This document shows, piece by piece, positions 1 through 13,727 of a stretch of 64,000 bases of DNA. The stretch is from Octopus sinensis (Eukaryota), in NCBI RefSeq assembly GCF_006345805.1, contig NC_043009.1, positions 4,650,001-4,714,000 of the forward strand, read 5' to 3'. Below the pieces are notes generated by a model that was given only the letters and a program-made list of their open reading frames with translations, was not told where the DNA came from and made no database searches. The position numbers and the translations under genes were made by a program. Each line of letters starts with the position of its first letter. Positions within the stretch are counted from its first letter, which is position 1.

Positions 1-613
1 CAATCAAACACGCACTCATATTAATATATATATATTATTTCATGTATAGAATAACAATAAGAGCTACAGATAATTTCTTGCTATGAAGACACGTGGCTAG
101 GTAGGAGTTTATAATGCGATTTGTGTCTCCAAGCAATCTTGAGACTCTGAACCTTTGAAAATCAAGAGGCTGGTACATGAGAGACCAGCGTTCTATTTTC
201 AAATAGAACAGGTCATGTGCTCAGAACTTGAATCTGTCTAGCCAGGTTTCTTCGTGACAAGAAACCATAAGTAGCTCACACCTCCATACCTTAAATGATA
301 TTTATCGCCCCTGACTGAATGGAGTAAATTTTTGTTGATCTTACCTTAACGAAACTGTAAACTATGAATATGCATATGTATTGGATCATCCCATTAATAA
401 TGCAGTTATATATATATAGTTGTTCATGTTATTGATGTGGTATATCAGTGCGATGCATCGAAATTATTGTAAGACTTAAATAAAGGTGCTTGAAATTCAT
501 TTTATTCTCTAATAGATATTTTCAATGTCCTAACAACCGGTTAATCACATATCATTTATTATCCTGCGACATACGACCATAAGCATTCCATCCGTTCCCT
601 GACTATCCTTCTT

Positions 614-675
<62 letters not shown>

Positions 676-754
676 ATGCACAGCAAGCTTTTCGACAAAC
701 GCTCACGAGGAGCCCATGGAATGCTGTGCATTTTGTTGGAGATTAAGTTCCTGG

Positions 755-785
<31 letters not shown>

Positions 786-810
786 GTGTGTGTGTGTGAG
801 TATATCTATA

Positions 811-868
<58 letters not shown>

Positions 869-2339
869 CCTTATTGAAGTGTATATAAAACACACTTTTG
901 TTTCCTAGTAACTGTCCCATAAATTACCCTGTAAATTTGGGCTTCCCATACGTCTTAATGCATATTTATTTCCTGAATATGCGCAGCTGAAATTTGGGTC
1001 TAATATGTTTGTTCGCCTTTTATGTAAGTAAATACGGTATTATAACAGATATCCTAGCCATGACCATCCTGTTCAATGTAGTTTCTCCATTTTCAAGTGA
1101 GTAGTGTGTGATTGGAGGGATATTTTTTTCTGCGATGTCTATTGAGTCAGTTGACTCTGCAATGGACTCTCTATCGACTGAAAGTGTTAAATGTCTCATC
1201 TACTGAGAATAGTAGTTATCGGTTTCACTTTACACAGACATTAGTCGGCACAATTTCGTAACCATTTTTCGATTCCGCAATCTTGACCAATATTGCTTTT
1301 CGAATACTTCTTGCACATATACAACTTAAACACTTATTCTGATAATTCAGAAAGTAGAACAATAATATTATCTAATTTGTGAATTTCCCTTTGGTCTTTT
1401 ATGAAATTTTCTGGAGATCTCTGTAAAAGCCATCCACAGGAGACATATAATTTGCATACAAAACTAAAGTGATAAATGTTTTATCGGCCTTCATGTGTAT
1501 GCAACTGTTGACAATAATAAAACGTTAAAGTTCGCAGTAATATCAAGTTACTGCGACTCTCGACAGTTATATTTCCTTACCATCAACTATAATATTTAAA
1601 ACGGAATGTTAGCAGTAAACTTTATATGCATACCACTCTCCTGAGTATATGCTATTAATTTTTAGTCACGTTCTGGTGACCGCAGTATATAGCACGAGGC
1701 AAAAATCATAGCGAGTAGTTAAAAGTAAGACATACTTTCGTTTTACTTTCAGTATATTTACTTCGGCAGCAGAAAGAGCGGATCTCATGTCCTACGTATG
1801 AGTTTACTAATGGTTTCTCAATATATTACTGCATTCACAGATTCTTAGTACACTCACAGATTTATGAAAATTCTTATATACTTTTTTTATTCATATTCCA
1901 ATATAAGCGCAGGTATGGCTGTGTGGTTGAGAAGTTTGTTTTCCGACCAGTACCCTAACCAAGCGTCATTTCCTGCAGTCCCAACCCAACTAAAACCTTG
2001 TGAGTGGATTTGGTAGACGGAAACTGCAAAAACCTAGTGCTAAATAGATGTGCGCGCACATGTATTTTGATATCATGTGTTGGTTGTAAACGACTGTCAC
2101 CATCATACCAGTGGTGGTGTTCGTTTCCAGTTTCCCACGAAAGTCATGTCCAGCTGTGGGGAACTATTACCGCGATTGGAAGCAAGTGGTGTTTGAAGAC
2201 AAGAAGGTTCTTTGACCGAGAAAGAAATCTGTGTCAACGAATTATGTCTGCCCCATGCAAGCATGGAAAAGTGGTCGTTAAATTGTGATGATGGCTCCAC
2301 TATAAAAAATGGGTCACTTCAGAAAGTAGTGCTCTTCTT

Positions 2340-2585
2340 ATTTCTTTACTGACCATAAAGGGCTACATACAGAGGGGACAAACGGATTAAGTCGATTACG
2401 TCGACCCCAGTGCGTAACTGGTACTTAATTTATCGACCCCGAAACGATGAAAGGCAAAGTCGACCTCGGCGGAATTTGAACTCAGCGACGGCACGCTACT
2501 TTATTAACACAAGAACGTAACGGCAGACGAAATACCGCTTAGCATTTCGCCCGGCGTGCTAACGGTTCTGCCAGCTCGCCGCCTT
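2340..2585 (-). mobile_element. Full-length SINE family B copy with a 14-bp TSD
   Basis: TSD GTAGTGCTCTTCTT at 2326-2339 and 2586-2599. Degraded family B copies near 9655-9850, 11310-11460, 17640-17810, 18100-18400 and 58240-58600. Confidence 0.88.
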
Positions 2586-3907
2586 GTAGTGCTCTTCTTG
2601 ACAACCACTCACCCACGTAGCGTAAAGAAATATAACCTAACATATAGCCTCATAGGTAGCTGGTTTAGGAGAAAGAAGCAAAAACTTATCGAACTTATTC
2701 TATGAACTAGTTAGGATCCTTGCTCGAGCGATGTGTAGAATTCGCAAAGGATTTCATAAAAGAAGGAAAAAGAAAAAAGGAAGTTATTTGTTAAAACTAC
2801 TGTCAGAAGCTGTTTTATTTTAGATATACCTATTAAAATACTCAGTGTTACCTCCCTTTGAGAAACGGTTCCTTTATCGAAACGACTTTGTCTAAAAAGC
2901 AGTTGGATCTTGAGCCTAGAGGGAACAGTTGACTGCATGCCGAAGTATGTAGTTGTGTGATTGTACCTATACGTCTCGTGTATTTATACTTGTGAAAGTA
3001 TCCCTAACAGGAAGAACAATTTCATATAAACTCTAATAAGTAACTGAGTGTCCATATACAGTTGATACATGGGTATGCTGCCCTTGACTCTACCTTGGTG
3101 TCCTTAAAATTCCTAGATTCTATTGGATCCTGCAAATAATATATATATATATATATTGGTAAGATTGTTGTGTCAGCAAGAAGTAATTAAGATGAAGCTA
3201 GATGTTGATTGAAAAAACAATATGGTATATCGGGAATTTGTTAGCAATAACAACCATAATCTATTTGGGATTAATTGCTACAGTCCAGTTGCTTATCGCT
3301 TGGTTTCCATGACCACGAGACATTTAAACTTCGTCGCTCCCTCATTTATATTAAACTTTAATGTTGAAAATATCACAAAAGGTCTTTATTACATTAATAC
3401 AATTTCTCTTTATACTGTGTTCGATTTACATAAAACGTCATGCATATACAACGCATCGTATGTTCAATTGTTTCAATGCACATATATTTGTCCTTATCAC
3501 ATCTAATATTTCATCCGTAACTATATCTTTGAATATCTATTAGTAAAGATGTAACTATTTCTGGCTATGTGTATTCCGTTATTTCGAAATGACATGATCT
3601 GCGACATTTAAACACGTTCAATAAATTGCATAAATGATGAAGAACAAAACAAAAGGCAAAGAAATGGTAAAAAAAAAAGTAACAACAACAACTACATCAA
3701 CACAAAACTAAAACTGAATTTCTTGCCAAACATCACATGGAAACAGTCCATGAAATTATCCATAGTGAACGATTAACTTAGTTAACTTAGTTATATATGC
3801 TAGTTATAAATGTCTGTCTCTCTGCTTGCTTGTATGTCTGATTGCTTCTGTTGTATGTATGTAGATGTAACTCTGAACCAGTGAATGTAAATATTCACAT
3901 TTGTCTG

Positions 3908-3945
<38 letters not shown>

Positions 3946-4058
3946 TCTAGGGAGAGTCATGCAGAAACTATATATATATCGTTGTGTCTAGGGGGAATGA
4001 TTATGCAAAGATGATATATATATGTGTGTATTGTTGTATCTAGGGAAGTCATTATGCA

Positions 4059-4125
<67 letters not shown>

Positions 4126-4268
4126 GTTTTTGCATAATGGCTGTCCCTAGATACAACAATACACACACATACATGTACATTATTTAAAGTTTCTTGGCTG
4201 TATAAGTTCACCACGCCAAATGTTCAGAGACTGTCTCCAATATTCTGATGAGGAGGGTATGTCATATG

Positions 4269-4313
<45 letters not shown>

Positions 4314-5309
4314 AAGAAAGGGAGAGAGAAGAGAGATCATTGTTAAGAGCGTATCAAAACATGATTGTGGCAGGGTGTTTGGCGTACCAATAACGGCACA
4401 TACAAGCAAACACATCTATCTAGAATTACAACCAGTGCAGGCATATAACGGTAGCATCCGCCAAAGCAGGAGGATCAGCATATATATATATATATATATA
4501 TCAAAGCGAAACCAGAGAATGTAACAATGATCAGTGAGCTCGAACAAGAAAATATTGCGTGGAGTGGAAATTTTAAAGATGGAAATGAGATGGCAAAATA
4601 CCGTAAAACATTTCATATATCGATTTTTTGACAGTGTCATGTCCTGACATCAACGTACTGCCACGAGCCTCACAAACACATCGGTTTTCATCAAAATTGG
4701 ACAAAAAATGCAGAAGTTGTAAGGAAAAATAAAATCGTTATGGGAATTTCCTTTCAAACGCCCGATTGAGCTCACATAAATCGATGCCAACAGAGCATTA
4801 TCGAGTTTTCAAAGATTCCGGCCTTATCTGAACTTCAGGGCATGTGATCTACCTCTGTGCTAAAAATCATTAAAATCTGTTGGACGATGTGGGAGGAGTT
4901 ATAGTAACCCCAAACACACAGACAGACAGACACCATTACACATTTATGTATATAGATTACTGTACCCTGAAACGGCCGTTGGAGCACCACAACTAAATTA
5001 TTTAAACTGGACTACCTATATTATTTACGGAGTTATATTTTTATTCTTTAATGATTTTAACATCGCTTTTAATCTAATAATATTTATATATAATTTTATA
5101 CATCAACATTTTTATACCTCAATTTGATTTTTCTATTATGTTTGTATATATTTATGTATTCATAAATTTTTAATATGTTTGAATATTTTAATGACTGATA
5201 CCTTAATATATTTTATTAACTGATATACATCGATTTATGGCTGAATATGTGTTTATACTAAGTGTTGAACCTTCTTGGAATCTCCTCTTGAATATATTTT
5301 TATTATATA

Positions 5310-5625
5310 CTAGCACTATGACCCGGCGCACATACACGCGAGTATTGTCCAAATCTCCGACCAATCACATACATCTAGCTGGCATTCGATTGGCGTATCA
5401 AATTTCAGGCATTTTGATTGGGCTTTGGATAGAGAATTCACAAAAAAGTCACTTCTATTGATTTTTTAATGGCTTTACGGGGTGACTGGGGAAATGTAAA
5501 GATGTGCACGACCACCATTGGATGAGTTTGAATGACAATAGAAAGTGCGAGCCCTCTAACTGAAAAATTGTGGATTTGTATAAAGGACACGCACACAGAC
5601 ATTTTGCCGTTTGTATATAGAGAGA
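5310..5625 (-). mobile_element. Helitron-like element of a related family; a further 5' end at ~4957
   Basis: ACTAGCAC..GACCCGGC end and ACAGACATT...TATATAGAGAGAT end resemble those of 17085-17483. Confidence 0.5.
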
Positions 5626-5827
5626 TATGTATCAACTCACACAAACACACACATAATATACACAATAATTCCTATTTGTCCTGGAGTATCCTGTGGTTCT
5701 ATACACAAGCACCTATGAATGAGTTTACAGATACGATTGTGTGTGGTTCACATTACAATAAACAATACCTTAAATATTTAGATTATAATATGATTGTAAT
5801 GCATTTGTCTTCTTTCATTTCTCTCAG

Positions 5828-5902
5828 GCTCACCTTACCATAATGACAAAGATGCCTGCAAACACATACAGTTGGTGAAAGCCTCCACGTTGTATTTGTT
5901 AC
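5828..5902 (+). CDS. Internal coding exon (first one found) of a Cys-rich, probably GPI-anchored extracellular protein: xSPYHNDKDACKHIQLVKASTLYLL
   Basis: Acceptor TTGTCTTCTTTCATTTCTCTCAG, donor TAC|GTAAGT, 75 nt, phase 1-1, no stop. Joins exon 18632 in frame (C+CT=Pro). Confidence 0.7.
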
Positions 5903-5959
5903 GTAAGTAATATTTTGAAATTTAACATATCTATGTCTGTATATATTTATTCTCCTTTA

Positions 5960-5999
<40 letters not shown>

Positions 6000-6006
6000 T
6001 CTCTGC

Positions 6007-6056
<50 letters not shown>

Positions 6057-7874
6057 TTGTCGTTTATGGAGACATGCGTACGCAACTACACACACGCCTG
6101 TACTATATATATATATATATAGTACAAAGTAAGAAACAGCTGTAAGGAGCATTTTATTTGTATTATTCTTATGGTATTAATAATTTGCATATTGATGTAT
6201 ATTGTTTTGTTCGATTTTCATGTTCCTATTTATATAGTTAATAAATAATATGAAATGGTAATATCTGTAAGTTGATGATTGAAATTAATTTGTTCCTCCA
6301 TTTTCTTATTTGTATTATATATATATATATATATATTGTTGTATTTCGCGGGGATGGTCATTGTTAACAATAATAAGGATAAAATAAATGAAAGTGAAGA
6401 ACGAATATACAGTGCGAGTGTTTAATTGTAAAAAAAAAAAATACGAGAGTATGACAATCCGAAATATAACAATATTTGTTTTACCCACCCCGATTTCTCA
6501 TTAGGAATTTTGAAAAATAAATTCAGATAGAATGTAAAAATTTTTTTCTTTTAAATTAAAATTTTTCTTAAAAAACATCTTCTATCGCCCCCTCCTCAGC
6601 TCTTTCTACTTTCCAAAGTCAAAACCACCTGATGTTTTACGTATGGGATATGTTCGGTTACGCATGCATAGACTTCTGAAACAACCGACGAAAGACCATC
6701 GAGCCCTCACCCCCAAAATCTCGATATGTTAGAAATAACATTTAAATGTCTGGGAACTATTTTTTCTTCGGCTAACTCTACTTGATTCTAAAAAAACAAT
6801 GTGTTTATGGGGACGAAACTATTGAAAACATCAATACATGTCAGAGCGACAAAGAAACTAGGAAGGCACCAGGTGGTCGTGTGATGTACTAGAAACAACA
6901 GCTTAACCTCCTTAAATCAACAATTCCACCTGAATATTATCTTGAAATTATAAACAGAAATAAATTGCAGAATTGAACTGTCCGTATTTTAGAACTATGA
7001 TTCAAAATATTTCGAAAGAAATTCGATATTTTTCAATTTATGGAGAGGCAGGTTTAATGAAAAAAATTTAAATGGCTTCACTATTGTTTTTTAAATTGCG
7101 TTTCATTTTCTGTTAGAAAATAAAGTGGGGATTGTAATAGTGATCGCTGATTTCCCATTTTTTAAAACTCCCCAACGCTTTTCCCATCGTAAAACCATGT
7201 GTAGTGCAAAAAAAAAGGACAAAATTTGTAGTAAAGAGTTAGGACAGGGGCATTGAAAAAATTAATAAGTTTTCAAATTCTTCGCCCCACCCCACGAAAA
7301 GAGTCTCCCATTGTTTTTAAGTGCTTAAATTGGCATTCCGTCGGTTACGACGACGAGGTTTCCACTTGATCGTATCAACAGCTTGCTCCCCAAACACGTG
7401 TGCCCTTAACGTAGTTCTCAGGAAGATTCAGCGTGACGTAGAATGTGACACGGCTGGTCCTTTGAATTACAGGTGATACCCATTTTTGGCAGCTGAATGG
7501 ACTGGAGCAAAACGATAAAGAGTGTCTTGCTCAAAGACAACGCGTCGTCTGGAATTGAACCAACGATCTTACCATCGTGAGGCCAATACGCTAACCCCTA
7601 AGCCACGTGCTTTAAGGAAGGAGGCGTCATAAATTTTCAAAACATTTTCTCAAAAAGTTAACCCCCGCAACCACTCATCATTTGTAAGGGTGTGGTTGGA
7701 AGAAAAATTGAAACATCCCAGTCAAAGCTGAGAAAATCCAAGATATGAGGGTTTGCTATTCTGGAGGTCTGCGAAAGGCTTTCTATTATGCAAGTTACCG
7801 AGTGACGATGGGATACACAGCTTGTATAATGTACACACTAACACAAATGCATACATACGCGCGCATGTGTAAGT

Positions 7875-8031
7875 GCTGGCGTGGCTGTGCGGAAGAAAGC
7901 TTGCCTCTTAACCACAAGGTTCTGGGTTCAGTCGCACTGCCTGGCACCTTGGGCAGGTGCCTTCTAGTATAGTCTTGGATCAACCAAAGACTTGTGAGTG
8001 GATTTGGTAGATGGAAACGGTAAGAAGTCCG

Positions 8032-8117
<86 letters not shown>

Positions 8118-8353
8118 GGATGGATATCTATGTGTGTGTATTTGTGAATGTGTTTATTTCCACCCCGCCCCCACCAATGCTTGATAATTTATGCTGGTTT
8201 ACGTCCCCGTAAGTTAACGGTTCAGCAAAAAATACCGATAGAATAATTACCAGGCTTACAAAGAATTAGTCCTGGGTCGATTTCTTCGACTAAAAGGCGG
8301 TGCTCCAGCATGGCCGCTGTCAAATAACTGAAACAAGTAGAAGAATAAAAGAA
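7875..8353 (+). mobile_element. SINE family A copy with expanded internal (TA)n(GATA)n
   Basis: Head, central domain and tail match family A. Confidence 0.8.
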
Positions 8354-8370
8354 TACACACACACACGTGC

Positions 8371-8420
<50 letters not shown>

Positions 8421-8618
8421 TATATAATCAGATAAGGGTAGAAATTGATATTAATCTGTGTTCTCAAAAACAATTCAGCAAAATACCAATGCGTAAAAAT
8501 AAGCAAGACAAATGAAAATATACGAAATAGAAAACGATTTTTCCGTGGAAAATGGCGATTTTGACGTCTATATCTAGCATACAGGCTGTCCACTTTTAGT
8601 GGTCAATCCTCAAAATTT

Positions 8619-8667
<49 letters not shown>

Positions 8668-9854
8668 GTATAGATAGATATACGTGTGTTTGTGTGTATA
8701 CAGAAAGACATACAAAACCGAGAGAGAGGAAACCATGGATATGGTTTTGTCTGTTGTCATAACCTAACATAGTATTCTACACTTGTTACTACACGTGCCT
8801 GTACAATAGCTACAGCTTGTCCGATGCTGCTAGCGGTGCTTTCTTCTGAAGCTATTACTCCACCCTCTACTCCTCACCCTCCTACTCCATGTATCTTTTT
8901 AATGATTTATGGTATCCTGTATTCTGTGTCGGAGATGAATTTAATGTAAAACATATAAATATATTACCGAAGACGTATCATATCACCAACCCCCGACTCC
9001 GTTTCTATAATCACCACCAACCATCTCTGGTGCCCCCTCATTCCCTTCTTCCCAATTGGCATTATGATTATCATCATCATTATCAACAACAACTAGAAAA
9101 TACGACATCTGCTACAGTAATGGTTGCCACTTTAGATCCCATACGATTAACCAAGTCATGTTGAAATGTACTCTACTAGGCGAATGTATAGTATATCTGG
9201 GGTTATTGATCTCTGGATTGTAACGAAGTCATATGTCAGTCTACTTAGCATGCATAAGGGCTGCAAGTAGCTCTATGCAAAGAAATTCATTGTTTCCACC
9301 AACAACACTCCCATAAACCTCATCATCATCATCATCATAATGATTTGCATTATCACTGCCGGCAAAAAGTCCATATGTCCATCATAATAATCATTGCTAT
9401 CATCGTCAGTAGGACCACCATGACCATCATCATCGTTACCACTACTCTATAGCTGCAGTTTAATAGCTAACCGGTTTTCACTTATCATAAACATCATCAC
9501 CACTGACAATATATTATTAGTAGATGCAGTAGTGCTATGATTATTAAAGTAATAGTCTAAGAGTGTGTGACTCAAAATGCTTTGCACTATTTGTTCCTGC
9601 TCTTTACTTTCTCTTTCGTCATCCTAGTATTTGTATATTGAATTCAAATTTTGGCACAAGGCCAGCAATTTCGGGTGAGGAGGTAAGTTGGTTACATAGA
9701 CTCCAGTACTCACCTGGTATTTGACCTATCATTATTTCAGGGTTGTTTACCGACCCCAAAAGTATGATAGGCAAAGTTGACTTCGGTAGAATTTAACTTC
9801 AGAACGGAAAGACGGACGAAATACCGCTAACGGTTTTGCCACCTCACCGCTCTG

Positions 9855-10160
9855 GCTTCTTGGCTTCATGCTCTTGCTGGAGGTCATTCTAACTTAGTGG
9901 CCCCAGAGGCGTCATCATGCTTAGAGCTGAGTCATGACTACCAGTGCTCTCCATCGCTGGCGGTCACGTAGCCGCTCCTCTGCATCCTGAAAGGTGACAT
10001 CGAGACCCCAGAGATTTTCCCCAGTCACATCCAGCCATCTGGTGCGGGGCTTATCACGAGGCCTCTTCCAGGCCGTAACTGCTGCGGCGAATGAGAGTCA
10101 ACCTCTGGTAGGATGATCTAGCGGAGATGGAGGACATGTTCGTACCAGCATAGAACCTTG
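9855..10160 (-). mobile_element. 3' end of an RTE-clade LINE, frameshifted
   Basis: Minus-strand peptides WYEHVL, WKRPRDKPRTRWLDV and DRQRWRALV match the RTE ORF C-terminus pattern. Confidence 0.75.
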
Positions 10161-11638
10161 AAAAACCATCGAAAACATCAGATGATACCATTATGTTCTC
10201 AACAAACAACTGCATGCGCACTCGCATTATCACCCTTAAAAAACACCAGTATATTAACAGGATTATTACAATTGACTCATCCCTCAACCCTTAAATTTGT
10301 GGCCACGTCTAGGTTAAATATGATTATTATTCATAGTAGCAGAGAGCAGAAGATTAGTAAAATCAGTAGCGCGGGTGTGAAAATACTATGCGATATTTGG
10401 AACGGTCCTTCGGTTCATTATGTTCTTAGTTGAAGTCTCACTAGTGTCAACCAACTTACCCTTTCATCCTTCCAGGGTCGAAATAATAAAAGTACCATTG
10501 GAGTATTGAGTTTTGGCTTCCATATAATCGTATTAGTAAATCTCCGGTTTTGTGCCTATGATACAAACGATTATTAATCGTAGCGACAATGGAGGCGATA
10601 GTCATGGAGCAACGCTTTGTGTTTGTTGTTACTGAAAATTCTTGTGGTATGAGCAGTCTGCAGCATGCATACAATGTGATTGCCAAAATATAATAATAAA
10701 AAATTATTAGTTAAATGTGCAACAGCTTTAACACCAACAAAGGCAACACTAATCACCACCACTAACAACAACAACGTAAATACTAACAACACAAACAACC
10801 AAACGGGACAAATGGTAATGCTAAATCAATAGTGTGTATGATTTATAGGTGCCTATAACTTTATCTGTGATTATATGGTTAGAATTCCTCCATAAATTAT
10901 AGATCCTATCTCCAAAACAGTTCACTCCTTGGAAACACTGCAAAGACTGGCATAAGTTCAAATTGTCCATTAAATATTGCTGTAGTATTTATTAAGAGGG
11001 CGGCTGGTTTATACAACAACAAAAATTACAAAAACAACTACCACAAAAACTGATAACCTTAATAATGTTATTTCTGTTGTTATTGGTATTTTTGTTATTG
11101 ATGGTGGTGGTGGGGTTGGGCTTTATCCTTGATGTTGATTTTAATGTTAATGGTATAGCTGTTGCTGTTGCATTCCGCTTTTCTTTATTTTTGTTTAGTT
11201 ATTTTGCAAAAGTCCATGTTAAGTTTTTGTTTTTGTTCCATCTGTTGGTTCCGATAAAAATAATTATTATTTAAAATTTTGGTGTGCGGATCGTAATTTT
11301 ATTGAGGGTGGAGAAGTCGATCACATCGATCCCAGTGCTCGACTGGCACTGATTTTCTCAATCCCGAACGGATAAAAGACAAAGTTGACCTCGACGGAAT
11401 TTGAGGTCGCGACGCAAAGAGTCGGAAGAAATACCGCTAAGCATTTTGTCTGACGCATTGGACAGTTTAACGCCTTAATAATAAAAATAAAAATGATGGT
11501 AATGATGAATGCATCGAGGATGATTTATTTGCCATTAAGGCGACGGATGTGGGGTGGACAATTACGAAGACGTAAAGCTTGGCGATTTGCAAAAAAATTA
11601 TCAAATTAAAAAAAAACATAAAATGCTCTAATAAATAT

Positions 11639-11934
11639 TTAAAAATTTTATGCGTCCTTTTCAAGCTTAGCCGGTTTCTATGACGTATGTGCACCCCCCC
11701 ACCAGCCGGACGGGACGCCAGTCTATCACAACGTTACTCAAGAAACAGAAAGAAAGAGTGAGAGAAAGTTGGGGTGAAAGAGTACAACAGGGGTCGCCAC
11801 CTCCCCTACCGGAGCCTCGTGGTGCCTTAGGAGTTTTCGCTCAATAAACACACACAACGCCCGGTCTGGGAATCGAAACCGCGATCCTCCGACGGCGAGT
11901 TCGCTGCCCTACCCACTGGGCCATTGCGCCTCCA
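11639..11934 (-). mobile_element. tRNA-derived SINE family C (possibly one of the described octopus OR-type SINEs)
   Basis: Minus strand head TGGAGGCGCAATGGCCCAGTGGGTAGGGCAGCG...GGTTTCGATTCCCAGACC. TSD TAATAAATAT at 11629-11638 and 11935-11944. Confidence 0.8.
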
Positions 11935-12533
11935 TAATAAATATATAGTTTAATAAATAATGAAGGGTGCCTGAATGGGATATAATGGCGTGCACCTGAT
12001 AACATTGTGGATGTGAGGCTTCTGTTAAGGTCCTCGCTTCACCCAGGACTACAACTACAGGGAGATGAGCTACATGAAGACATTTCACACCAATGGTAAC
12101 AACACGAGTACTCCGTAAAGAAACCTCTACTCCTGGTGCCGCTGCAGTATGGATCTGTGCCTAACACAATGCGGATGGTGGTGGCAGCAGATAGAACGCC
12201 AGACCAGTGGGAAAGCAGTCCACCCGGAAGACAGAATAGAAGACGCTTCAATCTGATACTCTTGTAACCGGGGATAAACATGTCAGTCAAGTTCCAACAA
12301 TAATACAGGGGATGAGATATTTGTCACCACTACCCGTCCTATAAAACACGTCTTAGGTAATTTTTGTAAGTGAAACGAAAATGCGGTAAAAGTTTTAACA
12401 CAGTGCAGTTAGAGATGTAAGTAAAAAAGGGCAAATAAGTATGTTTTAAATAACACTCAAATACATGGCAGTAGCCATTCTGGGTGTTTCACCTTCATAC
12501 TACTACGTACATGTGTGTGTGTGTGTATGTATG

Positions 12534-12599
<66 letters not shown>

Positions 12600-12610
12600 T
12601 ATATATATAT

Positions 12611-12901
12611 AAAATAGTGTACATTTAAGCACAAGAGAAAACTACATTTAAAAGGTAATTTTTACACGCCTGAAGAAGCACGGTTACTGATGAGAATTCG
12701 CTTAGCAAATTATTTTATTTGCAAAAGAAATTCGAAACCTAGGTATAACCGCCAAAAATAACAAAGTAAAAGTTTTTATTTTTCATTCCCGTCGAAAATT
12801 ACTATTAGAATGTGGTTTTGGTCGTTTTGACTGCTTCTTCAAGCGTGTAAAAATTACCTGTTAAAGGTAGTTTTCTCTTGTGTTTAAATGTACACTATTT
12901 T
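12611..12901. mobile_element. 291-bp element with 70-bp terminal inverted repeats enclosing a hammerhead ribozyme
   Basis: Arms 12611-12680 and 12832-12901 match at 66/70 positions without gaps. Left flank is (TA)n. Confidence 0.75.
12681..12751 (+). ncRNA. Type I hammerhead ribozyme, full canonical core, predicted cleavage GUA| after 12745
   Basis: Stem I CGGUUA/UAACCG (6 bp); CUGAUGA 12687-12693; stem II GAAUU/AAUUC with inner GCAAAU/AUUUGC hairpin; GAAA 12734-12737; palindromic stem III ACCUAGGU. Confidence 0.8.
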
Positions 12902-12979
12902 GTATTGAGAATGTTGTCTATTGACTATTTATACATTCTAGGCCACTGGTGGTGATATTTCTAAGAATATTCGCTACCC

Positions 12980-13049
<70 letters not shown>

Positions 13050-13530
13050 AGTATGTATATAAATGTATATATTTTTATGCAGATACATATGAATATATAT
13101 TACTTTTGATTCTAGTTTCCTCGCTTCTCTTTCTTCGCCTATTCGATCACCATTGCCTATTCCTCCAACAGACTATCGATACAAGCAAGCAACAGATCAG
13201 CTCAGACAGATTTGTGCATAAGAAGAAAAAAAAAGTAAAAGAAATTAAGCAGCGTATAACCATCATGCATCATCATCATCATCATCATCATTATTATTGT
13301 TATCAGGTCCACTGCCACCGATACCCAGTATCTCTCCTACTACCACCACTTTAACTCCTTCAGTGCAATGGCCGATAAAATTAATCTCGGAGACAACACC
13401 AAAGAGATAAAACTGATCGAACGTAATATAGAGAAGAAGAAGAAGAAAAAACTTTGGAAGAAAATAAAATATTAAATGTCAGAATAAAACAACTACTTCA
13501 ACTACGGTAACTACTTCTGATGATGATGAC

Positions 13531-13567
<37 letters not shown>

Positions 13568-13682
13568 GTTACAATGTGATTAATAATAATATAAAAAATG
13601 TACATTAATCATATTCATGATGATAGTGAAGATCATAATGTTGGTGATATAACGATGGCAATGATGATGATAGGAACAATGA

Positions 13683-13727
<45 letters not shown>

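Noticed and set aside
912-1023. Open frame ending at a GTAAGT donor in the phase needed upstream of exon 5828
   Set aside because: No convincing acceptor and no Cys/Trp pattern fitting the protein.
12790-12845. Second hammerhead on the minus strand from the right arm (UUGAAGA...GUC-AAAAC-GAC...AAAAC)
   Set aside because: Two core mismatches and no stem I or stem III in register; at most a decayed relic.
13172-13221. Possible alternative terminal exon DYRYKQATDQLRQICA* (phase 1)
   Set aside because: Plausible acceptor, but short and in a low-complexity region; no independent support.
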